Shown: in pieces, positions 8,556-16,699 of the stretch
Layout: every line of letters begins with the position of its first letter
Numbering within the stretch: position 1 is the stretch's first letter
Assembly (NCBI GenBank): GCA_029210565.1
Contig: JARGFQ010000010.1
Coordinates: forward strand, 2,252 to 66,251
Direction of reading: 5' to 3'
DNA: 64,000 nt
Source of the DNA: Bacteroidales bacterium
Lineage (GTDB): Bacteria; Bacteroidota; Bacteroidia; Bacteroidales; VadinHA17
Notes under the pieces: generated by a model
Told to the model about the DNA's origin: nothing
What the model saw: the letters and a program-made list of their open reading frames with translations, nothing else
Databases searched by the model: none
Translations under genes and position numbers: made by a program

Positions 8556-10184
8556 ATGGAGAGAGAGAATACCTACCGTCATATCCTCAAGTGGGGCGAT
8601 AAGAGGGAAGAGTCGGTCGACCGCCACATGATCACACTGATAAAGGAGAAATTCGGTCTTACGGATGAAGATTTAAAGAAAAAACATCTCCCGGGAACGG
8701 AGGAGGTGAGACTTGAGAAGCCCTCCTTCCTGAAACCGTCCCACCTCGATTTCCTGAAGAGCGTCTGCGGCAGTGACAACGTGCTTACTGACGATCTCTC
8801 CCGCGCACAGTGGTCCTGCGGCAAGTTTTACGGTGAGCTGCTTGACCTCAGGCTCGGCCGGGTTCCTGACCCTCCCGATGCGGTTGTGTCGCCGCGCACT
8901 CATGATGAGGTGGTTATGATCGTCGAATTCTGTAGTGCTGAGAAGATAGCCATTGTCCCTGCCGGAGGACAGTCGTCAGTCACCGGAGCCCTTCGTGCCC
9001 CGCACGGAGGCATAGCCCTCGATCTGACAAAGCACCTTAACAGGATCATTGAGATCAACAGCATCAACAAGACTGTGCGTGTCGAGGCCGGCATTATGGG
9101 TCCGGCGTTCGAGGAGGAGCTTAACAGGCACGGCTACAGCTGCGGCCACTTCCCGCAGTCGTTTGAGTATTCAACCGTCGGCGGATGGATTTCTGCCAGG
9201 GGTGCAGGACAGGCCTCCACGGGGTACGGCAAGATAGAAGACATGGTGGTAGCTCTGAAGGCGGTCACACCGGCAGGTGTCATAGAGACGAAAGATTTTC
9301 CCCGGATGGCGCAGGGGTGGGACATCCACAGGCTCTTTGCCGGTGCTGAGGGCACGCTCGGGGTGATAACGGAAGCTACGGTGCACATCTTCAACCATGC
9401 CCCTGACAACACCTCCTCCGCAGGATTTATCTTCAGAAGCTTCGAACAGGCGGTGGAGACGATGCGGACTGTTATGCAGAGCGAGTACGGCAAACCGCAC
9501 CTGTTCAGGATATCCGATCCGGCTGAGACGGATATAGCCTTCAGGACTTCCGGCTTCGACGGCACCGCAGCGGACAGTCTGCTGAAAGGGCTGGGTTTTA
9601 AAACCGGCAGCCGATGCCTGATGTTCGTGGCGGCAGAGGGGGAGAAGGAGTATGCCCGCTTCGTCATGAAAAAGATAAGGAGGACGGTGCGGCGGGGCAA
9701 GGGCATGTTCATTGGCGGCGGTCCTGTCAGGAAGTGGCTTGCCCAGCGATACTCCAGCGCCTACATGCGCGACCCGCTGATGGATCTCGGCATCATGACA
9801 GACACCCTGGAGACGGCGGTGACATGGGATAAGCTGCTGAAGGTATGGAGTGCTGCTCATGAGTATGTCAACCGCAGGCCGGGGGCCTTCATGATGATAC
9901 ACATCTCCCATGTCTACGAGAACGGGGCAAACCTCTACTTCACCTTCCTCAGTCCCATGGAAAAGGGCAATGAGAGGCAGGACTTCGCACTGTTTCACCG
10001 GGGGCTGGTTGATACTATCCTTGCAAACGGAGGTTCCATATCGCATCACCACGGGGTGGGCAGGGTGCTGGCCCCGTGGATGGAGGGGCACCTCGGGAAG
10101 AGCTCCATGGCGGTGATGGCCGCAGTGAAAAAGCATCTTGACCCTGACAATATCATGAACCCCGGCGGCATGCTGGGACTGTAA
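8556..10184 (+). CDS. alkyl-dihydroxyacetonephosphate synthase (AGPS) family FAD-linked oxidase
   Basis: ATG at 8556 (MERENTYRHILKWGDKRE). FAD_binding_4 region VSPRTHDEVVMIVEF..IVPAGGQSSVTG. AGPS-like FPQSFEYSTVGGWISARGAGQASTGYGKIEDMVV, GAEGTLGVITEATV, ISHVYENGANLYF and SHHHGVG (HHH loop). Confidence 0.8.
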   Translation: MERENTYRHILKWGDKREESVDRHMITLIKEKFGLTDEDLKKKHLPGTEEVRLEKPSFLKPSHLDFLKSVCGSDNVLTDDLSRAQWSCGKFYGELLDLRLGRVPDPPDAVVSPRTHDEVVMIVEFCSAEKIAIVPAGGQSSVTGALRAPHGGIALDLTKHLNRIIEINSINKTVRVEAGIMGPAFEEELNRHGYSCGHFPQSFEYSTVGGWISARGAGQASTGYGKIEDMVVALKAVTPAGVIETKDFPRMAQGWDIHRLFAGAEGTLGVITEATVHIFNHAPDNTSSAGFIFRSFEQAVETMRTVMQSEYGKPHLFRISDPAETDIAFRTSGFDGTAADSLLKGLGFKTGSRCLMFVAAEGEKEYARFVMKKIRRTVRRGKGMFIGGGPVRKWLAQRYSSAYMRDPLMDLGIMTDTLETAVTWDKLLKVWSAAHEYVNRRPGAFMMIHISHVYENGANLYFTFLSPMEKGNERQDFALFHRGLVDTILANGGSISHHHGVGRVLAPWMEGHLGKSSMAVMAAVKKHLDPDNIMNPGGMLGL

Positions 10185-10196
10185 CAAATTGATTAT

Positions 10197-10258
10197 GAAC
10201 CCTCCATGTGTAAGCACACACAAACGCAAGTACACAATAATATGATACATGGAGGTTC
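10197..10258 (+). other. long imperfect hairpin 13 nt after the AGPS-like stop codon
   Basis: GAACCCTCCATGT (10197..10209) pairs with ACATGGAGGTTC (10247..10258) with one bulged C and a 37-nt loop. No T-tract follows. Confidence 0.5.
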
Positions 10259-10289
10259 TCCCGATAAACCGGGCCAGGCTATCATACTA

Positions 10290-10302
10290 ATGAAACTTGC
10301 AT
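10290..10302 (-). repeat. copy of the 13-mer motif ATGCAAGTTTCAT (reverse orientation)
   Basis: The plus strand reads ATGAAACTTGCAT, an exact reverse complement of the motif. Confidence 0.7.
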
Positions 10303-10339
10303 AAGCACCAACTCACAATAGGAAATGATTATTTACTTC

Positions 10340-10352
10340 ATGCAAGTTCCAT
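10340..10352 (+). repeat. copy of the 13-mer motif (ATGCAAGTTcCAT, 1 mismatch)
   Basis: Forms an inverted pair with 10290..10302, upstream of the FGGY kinase ATG at 10398. Confidence 0.6.
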
Positions 10353-10397
10353 TCGACCAATGAGATAATAATTAAATAATCGAATGAAATAAATTAC

Positions 10398-11969
10398 ATG
10401 ATGAAAACATCCGATGAGCTGATACTGGCCATAGATTTCGGCACGCAGTCGGTGCGCGCGGTACTGATCGATCTCGGGGGCAATGTCCGGCAGATATGCA
10501 AGACCGTCATTGAACCCTACTTCTCCGCTGCACCGGGCTGGGCCGAGCAGCATCCCGAATATTTCCGCGACAGGATGTTCGAGACGCTGCAGCAACTGTT
10601 CCGGGAGACGGAGTTCAGCAAGGATCAGATCAAGGCTGTCACCCTCACCACCCAGCGTTCCACACTGATCAATATCGACAGTGAGGGCAAATCGTTGCGG
10701 CCGGCCATCAGCTGGCTCGACCAGAGGCTGTGTGCTGTTGGAAAATACCCTGACTGGCTGACGCAGATAGCACTCAGAATCGTGGGCATGAGGGAGGCGG
10801 TGATGCATACTGTCAAGCAGGGCGAGTGCAACTGGCTCATGCAGAACAGCCCCGAGGTGTGGGAGAAAACCAGTAAATTCCTACTGCTCTCAGGTTATCT
10901 TACCTGGCTGCTGACGGGAGAATACCGCGATTCGGTAGGGTGCACCGTAGCCTATCTGCCCTTTGATTACAGGAAACAGCAGTGGACTGACAGGAGCCAC
11001 ATGAACTACAAGATGTTTCCTATTGAGAGGGATAAGCTGCCTGATCTTGTCAAGCCCACGGAGGTGCTTGGCCATATCAGTCGCGAGGCTTCAGAGCTGT
11101 CGGGCATCCCTGAGGGTTTGCCTCTCATTGCCGCGGCTGCCGATAAGGCCTGTGAGGTGCTGGGTTCGGGTGTCGTCACTCCTGATGTGGCCTGCCTCAG
11201 CTATGGCACCACGGCCACGGTGCAGACGACGCACAGCAGGTATCATGAGGTGATACCGTTTTTTCCTTCGTACCCCAGCGCCGTGCCTGACTGTTATAAT
11301 ACCGAGGTGCAGATATACCGGGGTTACTGGATGATCAGCTGGTTCAAGAAGGAGTTCGGGCTGAAGGAGATACAGATGGCTGAGCAGACCGGACGCCATC
11401 CTGAGACCTTCTTTGATGCCATGGTCGACGAGGTGCCTGCCGGATCCATGGGGCTCATCTTGCAGCCCTACTGGTCACCCGGGGTGAAGGTGCCCGGCAC
11501 GGAGGCCAAGGGGGCCATCATAGGGTTCGGCGACGTGCACACCAGGGCACATGTTTACAGGGCGATACTCGAGGGGCTGACCTACTCTCTCAAGGACGGT
11601 CTCCTTCGTACCGTCCGCCGGACAAAAGTGCCGGTACATTCGGTCGTTGTCTCTGGAGGCGGCTCACAGAGCCGGCAGGCGATGCAGATTACAGCCGATA
11701 TCTTCAATATGAACAGCTACAGGCCACACACCTATGAGACATCATCACTGGGGGCGGCTGTCAATGCGGCGGTGGGGATGAAGTATTACAGTGATTTCAC
11801 CTCGGCAGCGGCTGCCATGACCAGGAGGGGTGAGGAGTTCGTGCCTGACCCGAAGAATGTGGAGATCTATGGCGAGCTGTATGACAGGGTCTATTCGAAG
11901 ATGTACAAACACTTGCAGCCTCTCTATGAGCAGATCAGGGATGTCATCGGCTACCCGCCGAAGATATGA
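10398..11969 (+). CDS. FGGY-family carbohydrate/polyol kinase
   Basis: N-terminal ILAIDFGTQSVRAVLID and GWAEQHPE. C-terminal VVVSGGGSQSRQAMQITADIF. Both are classic FGGY motifs. Confidence 0.85.
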   Translation: MMKTSDELILAIDFGTQSVRAVLIDLGGNVRQICKTVIEPYFSAAPGWAEQHPEYFRDRMFETLQQLFRETEFSKDQIKAVTLTTQRSTLINIDSEGKSLRPAISWLDQRLCAVGKYPDWLTQIALRIVGMREAVMHTVKQGECNWLMQNSPEVWEKTSKFLLLSGYLTWLLTGEYRDSVGCTVAYLPFDYRKQQWTDRSHMNYKMFPIERDKLPDLVKPTEVLGHISREASELSGIPEGLPLIAAAADKACEVLGSGVVTPDVACLSYGTTATVQTTHSRYHEVIPFFPSYPSAVPDCYNTEVQIYRGYWMISWFKKEFGLKEIQMAEQTGRHPETFFDAMVDEVPAGSMGLILQPYWSPGVKVPGTEAKGAIIGFGDVHTRAHVYRAILEGLTYSLKDGLLRTVRRTKVPVHSVVVSGGGSQSRQAMQITADIFNMNSYRPHTYETSSLGAAVNAAVGMKYYSDFTSAAAAMTRRGEEFVPDPKNVEIYGELYDRVYSKMYKHLQPLYEQIRDVIGYPPKI

Positions 11970-12064
11970 CACCGGTGCCGGGGCGGCGGGGATGATACTC
12001 GGAAAATGCCGGAAGCTTCATCCGGTTGCTCTCTCATGGATGTTATGCTGGCGTCGGCCGTGTC

Positions 12065-12077
12065 ATGCAAGTTTTAA
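12065..12077 (+). repeat. copy of the 13-mer motif (ATGCAAGTTTtAa, 2 mismatches), preceded by TC as in the other copies
   Basis: Sequence tcATGCAAGTTTTAAttc, between the convergent FGGY kinase and UPF0280 genes. Confidence 0.45.
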
Positions 12078-12112
12078 TTCTATTGTCCCGGCCAGTTCCA
12101 CCTCTTATCTGA

Positions 12113-12139
12113 CTATACAATTCTGATTTCGAGGCTACC
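12113..12139 (-). repeat. diverged 'echo' of the last 27 nt (including the stop codon) of the UPF0280 gene, 50 bp downstream of the original
   Basis: CTATACAATTCTGATTTCGAGGCTACC (12113..12139) versus CTAGACAATTTTGATTTCGATGTTGCC (12163..12189): 22 of 27 identical. Confidence 0.5.
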
Positions 12140-12162
12140 TACGGAACCTGCCTTTTCCCGGG

Positions 12163-12921
12163 CTAGACAATTTTGATTTCGATGTTGCCTCCGAGGCCCA
12201 CCTTATCTCCGGCGATTATCACGGCCGAGAGTATCTCAGTCCGTTCCAGTGCCTTCTCCGTCACCCGGTGCACATCATCACCCTTCTTAACCTCGTTACA
12301 GCAGGCAGTGGCATAGGCATCTGCCAGGGCCCCGTCGCGGCACGCTATCATGCATGCGTCAGCGATGCCGAAGCTGAGGGAATGACCCACCGTGCCCGAT
12401 GAGCAGCAGAGGGCCAGCGGCGTATCTTCTGCCGTCACCTGCAGTGCAATCTTCTCCGACAGGGGTGAGCTACCGGCATGGACAGCCACCGAGGCCGGGC
12501 CTGTCAGCTTCATGAATATGTCGCCCCCGTTCTCAATGATCACCTCATCAGCCTCATATTCCACGAGCAGGTCGCGGCAGATAAACTCCGCCACAGCCCC
12601 GGCCACGGCGCTCATGGGACCGGTGCCTGCTGCCAGGGCGGCGTCGCTCATGGCGATGATGAGAGGGTGAATACCACCGGGCGCCACCACCGGGGTGAGC
12701 GAATCACGGAACTCAGGGTGGTGGATGATATGTGCATCCAGTATCTCCCGGTAGTGAAGGATGCGGTCCATGGCAAACTGCTCGGCCTCCTGGCGATAAT
12801 GCTGTCTGTCGATTGCCACCCAGAGATCGGTCTCGCGCCATGAGACCCTGAAGCTTGTCCATCGGCTGTTGCCCATGGCTTCACGGTAGAGGCGGGGCTG
12901 GTATGCAGGACTCTTAGCCAA
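12163..12921 (-). CDS. UPF0280 / COG2122 (ApbE-like) protein
   Basis: 252 aa. N-terminus YRE.....RW.SFRVSWRETDLWV is typical of UPF0280. Last gene of the operon with COG1900 and NIL-ferredoxin. Confidence 0.7.
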   Translation of the reverse strand: MAKSPAYQPRLYREAMGNSRWTSFRVSWRETDLWVAIDRQHYRQEAEQFAMDRILHYREILDAHIIHHPEFRDSLTPVVAPGGIHPLIIAMSDAALAAGTGPMSAVAGAVAEFICRDLLVEYEADEVIIENGGDIFMKLTGPASVAVHAGSSPLSEKIALQVTAEDTPLALCCSSGTVGHSLSFGIADACMIACRDGALADAYATACCNEVKKGDDVHRVTEKALERTEILSAVIIAGDKVGLGGNIEIKIV

Positions 12922-13324
12922 GATCGATGGAGAAGAGTTTCAGCGGGCAGGCTGTGAGACAGAGTTCACACATCACGCATTTTTCAGGTTCAAACTCCAG
13001 TTCGGCAGTACTGCGGTTCATTGTCAGCGCACCGGCAAAGCATACAGCCGAGCACGCTCCGCAATGAATGCACAGATCCTCACTGTAGGTGATCTTCCTG
13101 TCAATGGGAACACACTCAACATTCTGCTGTTTCATGTACTCCATCCCCTCCTTCAGAACCTTCGAAGGGGCCGTCATCTCCATCACCAGGTGACCCACCT
13201 GTCCGGGTGATACGTCAGCCTTGACGATGTTTACCATTATGTCAAACTTCCTGATGAGGTTATATGTTATCGGCTCACCCGTCGCCTCGGGCGGGAATGT
13301 CAGCACAAATCTCCTGTTTTTCAT
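12914..13324 (-). CDS. NIL domain plus 2x[4Fe-4S] ferredoxin protein
   Basis: Start at MKNRRFVLTFPPEATGEPITYNLIRKFDIMVNIVKADV (NIL domain). Two cluster motifs, CIHCGACSAVC and CVMCELCLTACP. Confidence 0.8.
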   Translation of the reverse strand: MKNRRFVLTFPPEATGEPITYNLIRKFDIMVNIVKADVSPGQVGHLVMEMTAPSKVLKEGMEYMKQQNVECVPIDRKITYSEDLCIHCGACSAVCFAGALTMNRSTAELEFEPEKCVMCELCLTACPLKLFSIDLG

Positions 13325-13438
13325 CCTTTTATGATTTTTATTATTATTGATCTTTTGGAACCTGTACAAGACACCGTAATCAAATCCTTGTGTTAGTCCA
13401 TACTCCTGCAGGGTTCACGTTTACAGTTATTTGTATCG

Positions 13439-14590
13439 TTATAGCCTTATTTGCAGACTGTTGAGTCCAGTTGTTTTCCTGAACAGCTCAACAGGCTCTG
13501 TCAGCATGAACCGACCGGCCACGATTTCCTCCCTGAGAATGGCAGCTATCTCCCGGGCGACCTTTACGCTTGAAAGCGGGGCTGTCCTGATTTTCCTCCC
13601 CTTGAGTGTTATCTCGCCGGAGAAGAGTGACTGATAATCGGCGCTACCCAGCACACCGTTTGCAGGATTGCCATAGTCGATGACATTTGTCTCTATCTGG
13701 CTGTTCCGTATCATCACCCTCCGGGCCATATCCTCATCAAGAACAGGTATCGGTATTCCAACTCCCACAAAAATGGATACACCGTATTTTTCAAAATAGG
13801 CAGCCTTGATAAACCTGGTGTCCATCTCTTTTGCATTGCCTATAAGAGCGAGCGTGGCGGAATTGCCTACAGGCACACCATGATCGTTGACAGGCTTACC
13901 GGTGTTGAACTGGGTGCCGTGCCATGCCACGTAACCTGTAGCTCCGCCGAAGAATATGCGTGTGCCAATGCCGATGGTACGCATCTCCGGATCATTGAGC
14001 AGCGGACTCAGCTCTCCGGAGGTGGAAAATGTTGCATTGCCGTACGAAGGCAGCAGGGTCCCCATATAAGTGTATTTCATTTTTGAGGTGCTGTTCACCG
14101 CTACATTATAGTTCTGGTAGGCGTTTCGGGGATTGAACATTATCATTTCATTGACCCTATCCCTATTAATCAGCGTCTTTATTTCGGTACGCGGGTAACA
14201 GTCTGTTCCCTTGGCAGTTGCCTGGAGGAGTACATCATTTCCGGCTATCAGCTCCTCGATGACGTGAGCCCCGCCGTACTGGTCGTGTGGCAATGCCGTC
14301 TCGGTGGCACCTATGTAGGCATCAACGGCTGCTATGCCTCCGAATACGGGAACATTGTTTAGCGTGAGCTTCTCCATGCGCATAGGCGGATCGGTATGAC
14401 CGAAGTTGATGAACATGCCCGACGAGCACATGGGGCCGAAGGTGCCAGTAGTCACAACATCAACTTTTTCCGATATCTCTGCCGGGGTCGATTCGCGGCC
14501 CATGGCTGAGACCTGCTCGGCCGTGAGCACCACTGCCCTTCCGCTGCGGATCTTCTCATTGATCTCCTCAATCGTCCTTTGCTTCGCCAT
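13439..14590 (-). CDS. homocysteine biosynthesis protein (COG1900 / DUF39 family)
   Basis: 383 aa. N-terminus KQRTIEEINEKIRSGRAVVLTAEQV and the overall pattern match the COG1900 family. Followed by NIL-ferredoxin, as in methanogens. Confidence 0.75.
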   Translation of the reverse strand: MAKQRTIEEINEKIRSGRAVVLTAEQVSAMGRESTPAEISEKVDVVTTGTFGPMCSSGMFINFGHTDPPMRMEKLTLNNVPVFGGIAAVDAYIGATETALPHDQYGGAHVIEELIAGNDVLLQATAKGTDCYPRTEIKTLINRDRVNEMIMFNPRNAYQNYNVAVNSTSKMKYTYMGTLLPSYGNATFSTSGELSPLLNDPEMRTIGIGTRIFFGGATGYVAWHGTQFNTGKPVNDHGVPVGNSATLALIGNAKEMDTRFIKAAYFEKYGVSIFVGVGIPIPVLDEDMARRVMIRNSQIETNVIDYGNPANGVLGSADYQSLFSGEITLKGRKIRTAPLSSVKVAREIAAILREEIVAGRFMLTEPVELFRKTTGLNSLQIRL

Positions 14591-14641
14591 AATGAATTTT
14601 TTCAGGTAACTTTATCCGTTGTACAAATAAACTTCAAATAT

Positions 14642-15490
14642 ATGCGTAGATCACTTACTGTCGCAGCCGTTTTGGCAATTCTTTGCTTCTCATGTGTTCC
14701 CGCTGATGACCCGGCCATTGACGTGATGACCTTCAACATAAGGCTTGACACGCCGCATGACGGGCCAAACGCATGGCCTCACCGGGCAGCCATGGTTGCC
14801 GGGTTTGTCAATGACCGGATACCCGATCTGCTTGGCATGCAGGAGGTTCTGTGGCACCAGTATGAGTATCTCGACTCCGCGCTGACAGGATACGGGTCAG
14901 TGGTTGCAGGGCGTGATGATGGTCTCCGGGCAGGGGAGGCATGCCCGGTCTTCTTCCGCCTGGGCAGGTTCGACATGCTTGATAAAGGTACTTTCTGGCT
15001 ATCAGCAACGCCAGAGGTGCCCGGATCGATAGGCTGGGGGGCAGCGCTGACACGTGTAGCCACATGGGTACGGCTCTATGACCGCACTGTCAGGGATACG
15101 CTCTTGTTTATGAACACCCATTTCGACCATATAAGCGATTCGGCGAGGGTGATGAGCTCGGGGGTGCTGATGGAGAAGGTCAGGGAGCTGGCAGGGGATT
15201 ATGATTTTATCATTACTGGTGATTTTAACGCGAGGCCTGAAAGCCTGGCGATAGCCGGGATGCTTGAGGGAGGGTTGATTGTTGATACCTATCTGATAAC
15301 TGAGACCGCACCGGCGGGTGAGAGCTACACCTTTAACGGATGGAAGGATCAGCAGGGAGAGGGTCGGATAGATTACATCTTCGTACGCAGCGGCATGAAG
15401 GCATTGTCACATGCCACGCACCGCGTAATTGAGAACGGGGTCTTCATCTCCGATCACTGGCCGGTGACGGCAAGAGTCAGAGGATTATAA
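14642..15490 (+). CDS. secreted endonuclease/exonuclease/phosphatase (EEP) family protein
   Basis: Signal peptide MRRSLTVAAVLAILCFSC. VMTFNIRLD at the start, GDFNA in the middle and ISDHWPV at the C-terminus. Confidence 0.8.
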   Translation: MRRSLTVAAVLAILCFSCVPADDPAIDVMTFNIRLDTPHDGPNAWPHRAAMVAGFVNDRIPDLLGMQEVLWHQYEYLDSALTGYGSVVAGRDDGLRAGEACPVFFRLGRFDMLDKGTFWLSATPEVPGSIGWGAALTRVATWVRLYDRTVRDTLLFMNTHFDHISDSARVMSSGVLMEKVRELAGDYDFIITGDFNARPESLAIAGMLEGGLIVDTYLITETAPAGESYTFNGWKDQQGEGRIDYIFVRSGMKALSHATHRVIENGVFISDHWPVTARVRGL

Positions 15491-15556
15491 TGCATAGATG
15501 CCTCCGCGTTTCCCGAAATGATTTAACACAACTGTATAATGTGACCTGGCGAGAGC

Positions 15557-16699
15557 TTAGGCTCTCTTCCGATAAGCTCTGATGGCAAGGGTGATAAAGG
15601 CGACGGCCAGCACTGTAAGCATTCCCACATCACGGGCGATGTCGTGGAACCCTGCACCTTTCAGCATCACCATGCGGTTGATGCGCATGAGGTAGGCCAC
15701 CGGGTTCACCCAGTTGAACTGTTGTGCCCACACCGGCATGCTCTCGGTGGGAGTGAAGATACCGCTCATGAGGATGAATATCATCACGAAAAAGAAGGCT
15801 ACAAACAGGAATTGCTGCTGTGTTGAGGCCATGGTGGAGAAGAATAGTGCCAGTCCCAGTACAGCCACGAGGAAAATGGAAGCGCAGGCAAAGAATAGCA
15901 GGAGACTGCCCTCAAAGGGTATATTGAATGCCAGCCACCCTATGCATAGTCCGAGTGCCAGATCGAGGAGTCCGATGATAAAGAAGGGAATGACTTTGGA
16001 AGCTATCAGCTCCCATTTTCTCACAGGGGTGACGTTGATCTGCTCAATGGTGCCGACCTCTTTCTCCCTGACAAGGTTGAGACCGGTCATCATCAGTCCT
16101 ATTGCCGTTATAAGTATGACCAGCACGCCAGGGAGCATATAATATTTATAGTTCAGGGTGGGGTTGTACCAGAAACGTGATGAAACTGCTATTCCGGGAA
16201 GGGAGGCCTGGAGTGAGCCTGCCGCAGAGATGCCAGCAGTGGCAGCTCCTTCTCCTATTACAATATCCCGGTTAAAGTCGCGCACCACGGAGGTGAGATA
16301 GTTCCATGACAGCTGGGCGCTGGTGGCATTGACAGCATCGGCCAGCACCTGCAGACGTGGCCTGGTGATGCCGGCCAGACCCTCCGAGAAATCACCGGGA
16401 ATGATAAGCGCCATGTCGGCATCGCCGGAGAAGAGGAGTGCCTCGGCCTCTTCAATGTTAACGGGAGTGGCAGTGATCCGGAAGAAGGAGGATCCGCTAA
16501 GCCTGGCCAGCAGTTCGCGGGAGGAGGGGGAGTGGTCATTGTCTATGACAGCCAGGTCAATGCGTTTGATCTCGAAGGTGACGGCAGGGACGAGAATCAG
16601 CATCTGAATTATTGGTACCGCAATAATAGCCCTTATCATGAACGGGTTACGCACTATCTGGCGGAACTCTTTCCGCAGCAGGAACATGAGTTTTCTCAT
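15557..16699 (-). CDS. ABC-2 type transporter permease
   Basis: N-terminal TM helix, a large extracytoplasmic loop, then 5 C-terminal TM helices. Paralogue of the upstream gene, with which it overlaps by 4 bp. Confidence 0.85.
   Translation of the reverse strand: MRKLMFLLRKEFRQIVRNPFMIRAIIAVPIIQMLILVPAVTFEIKRIDLAVIDNDHSPSSRELLARLSGSSFFRITATPVNIEEAEALLFSGDADMALIIPGDFSEGLAGITRPRLQVLADAVNATSAQLSWNYLTSVVRDFNRDIVIGEGAATAGISAAGSLQASLPGIAVSSRFWYNPTLNYKYYMLPGVLVILITAIGLMMTGLNLVREKEVGTIEQINVTPVRKWELIASKVIPFFIIGLLDLALGLCIGWLAFNIPFEGSLLLFFACASIFLVAVLGLALFFSTMASTQQQFLFVAFFFVMIFILMSGIFTPTESMPVWAQQFNWVNPVAYLMRINRMVMLKGAGFHDIARDVGMLTVLAVAFITLAIRAYRKRA

Noticed and set aside
9171-10250. 359-aa ORF antisense to the AGPS-like gene
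   Set aside because: It lies entirely within a strongly supported sense gene. Its composition is Arg/Pro/His/Gly-rich, typical of antisense frames in GC-rich coding DNA, and it has no recognisable motifs.
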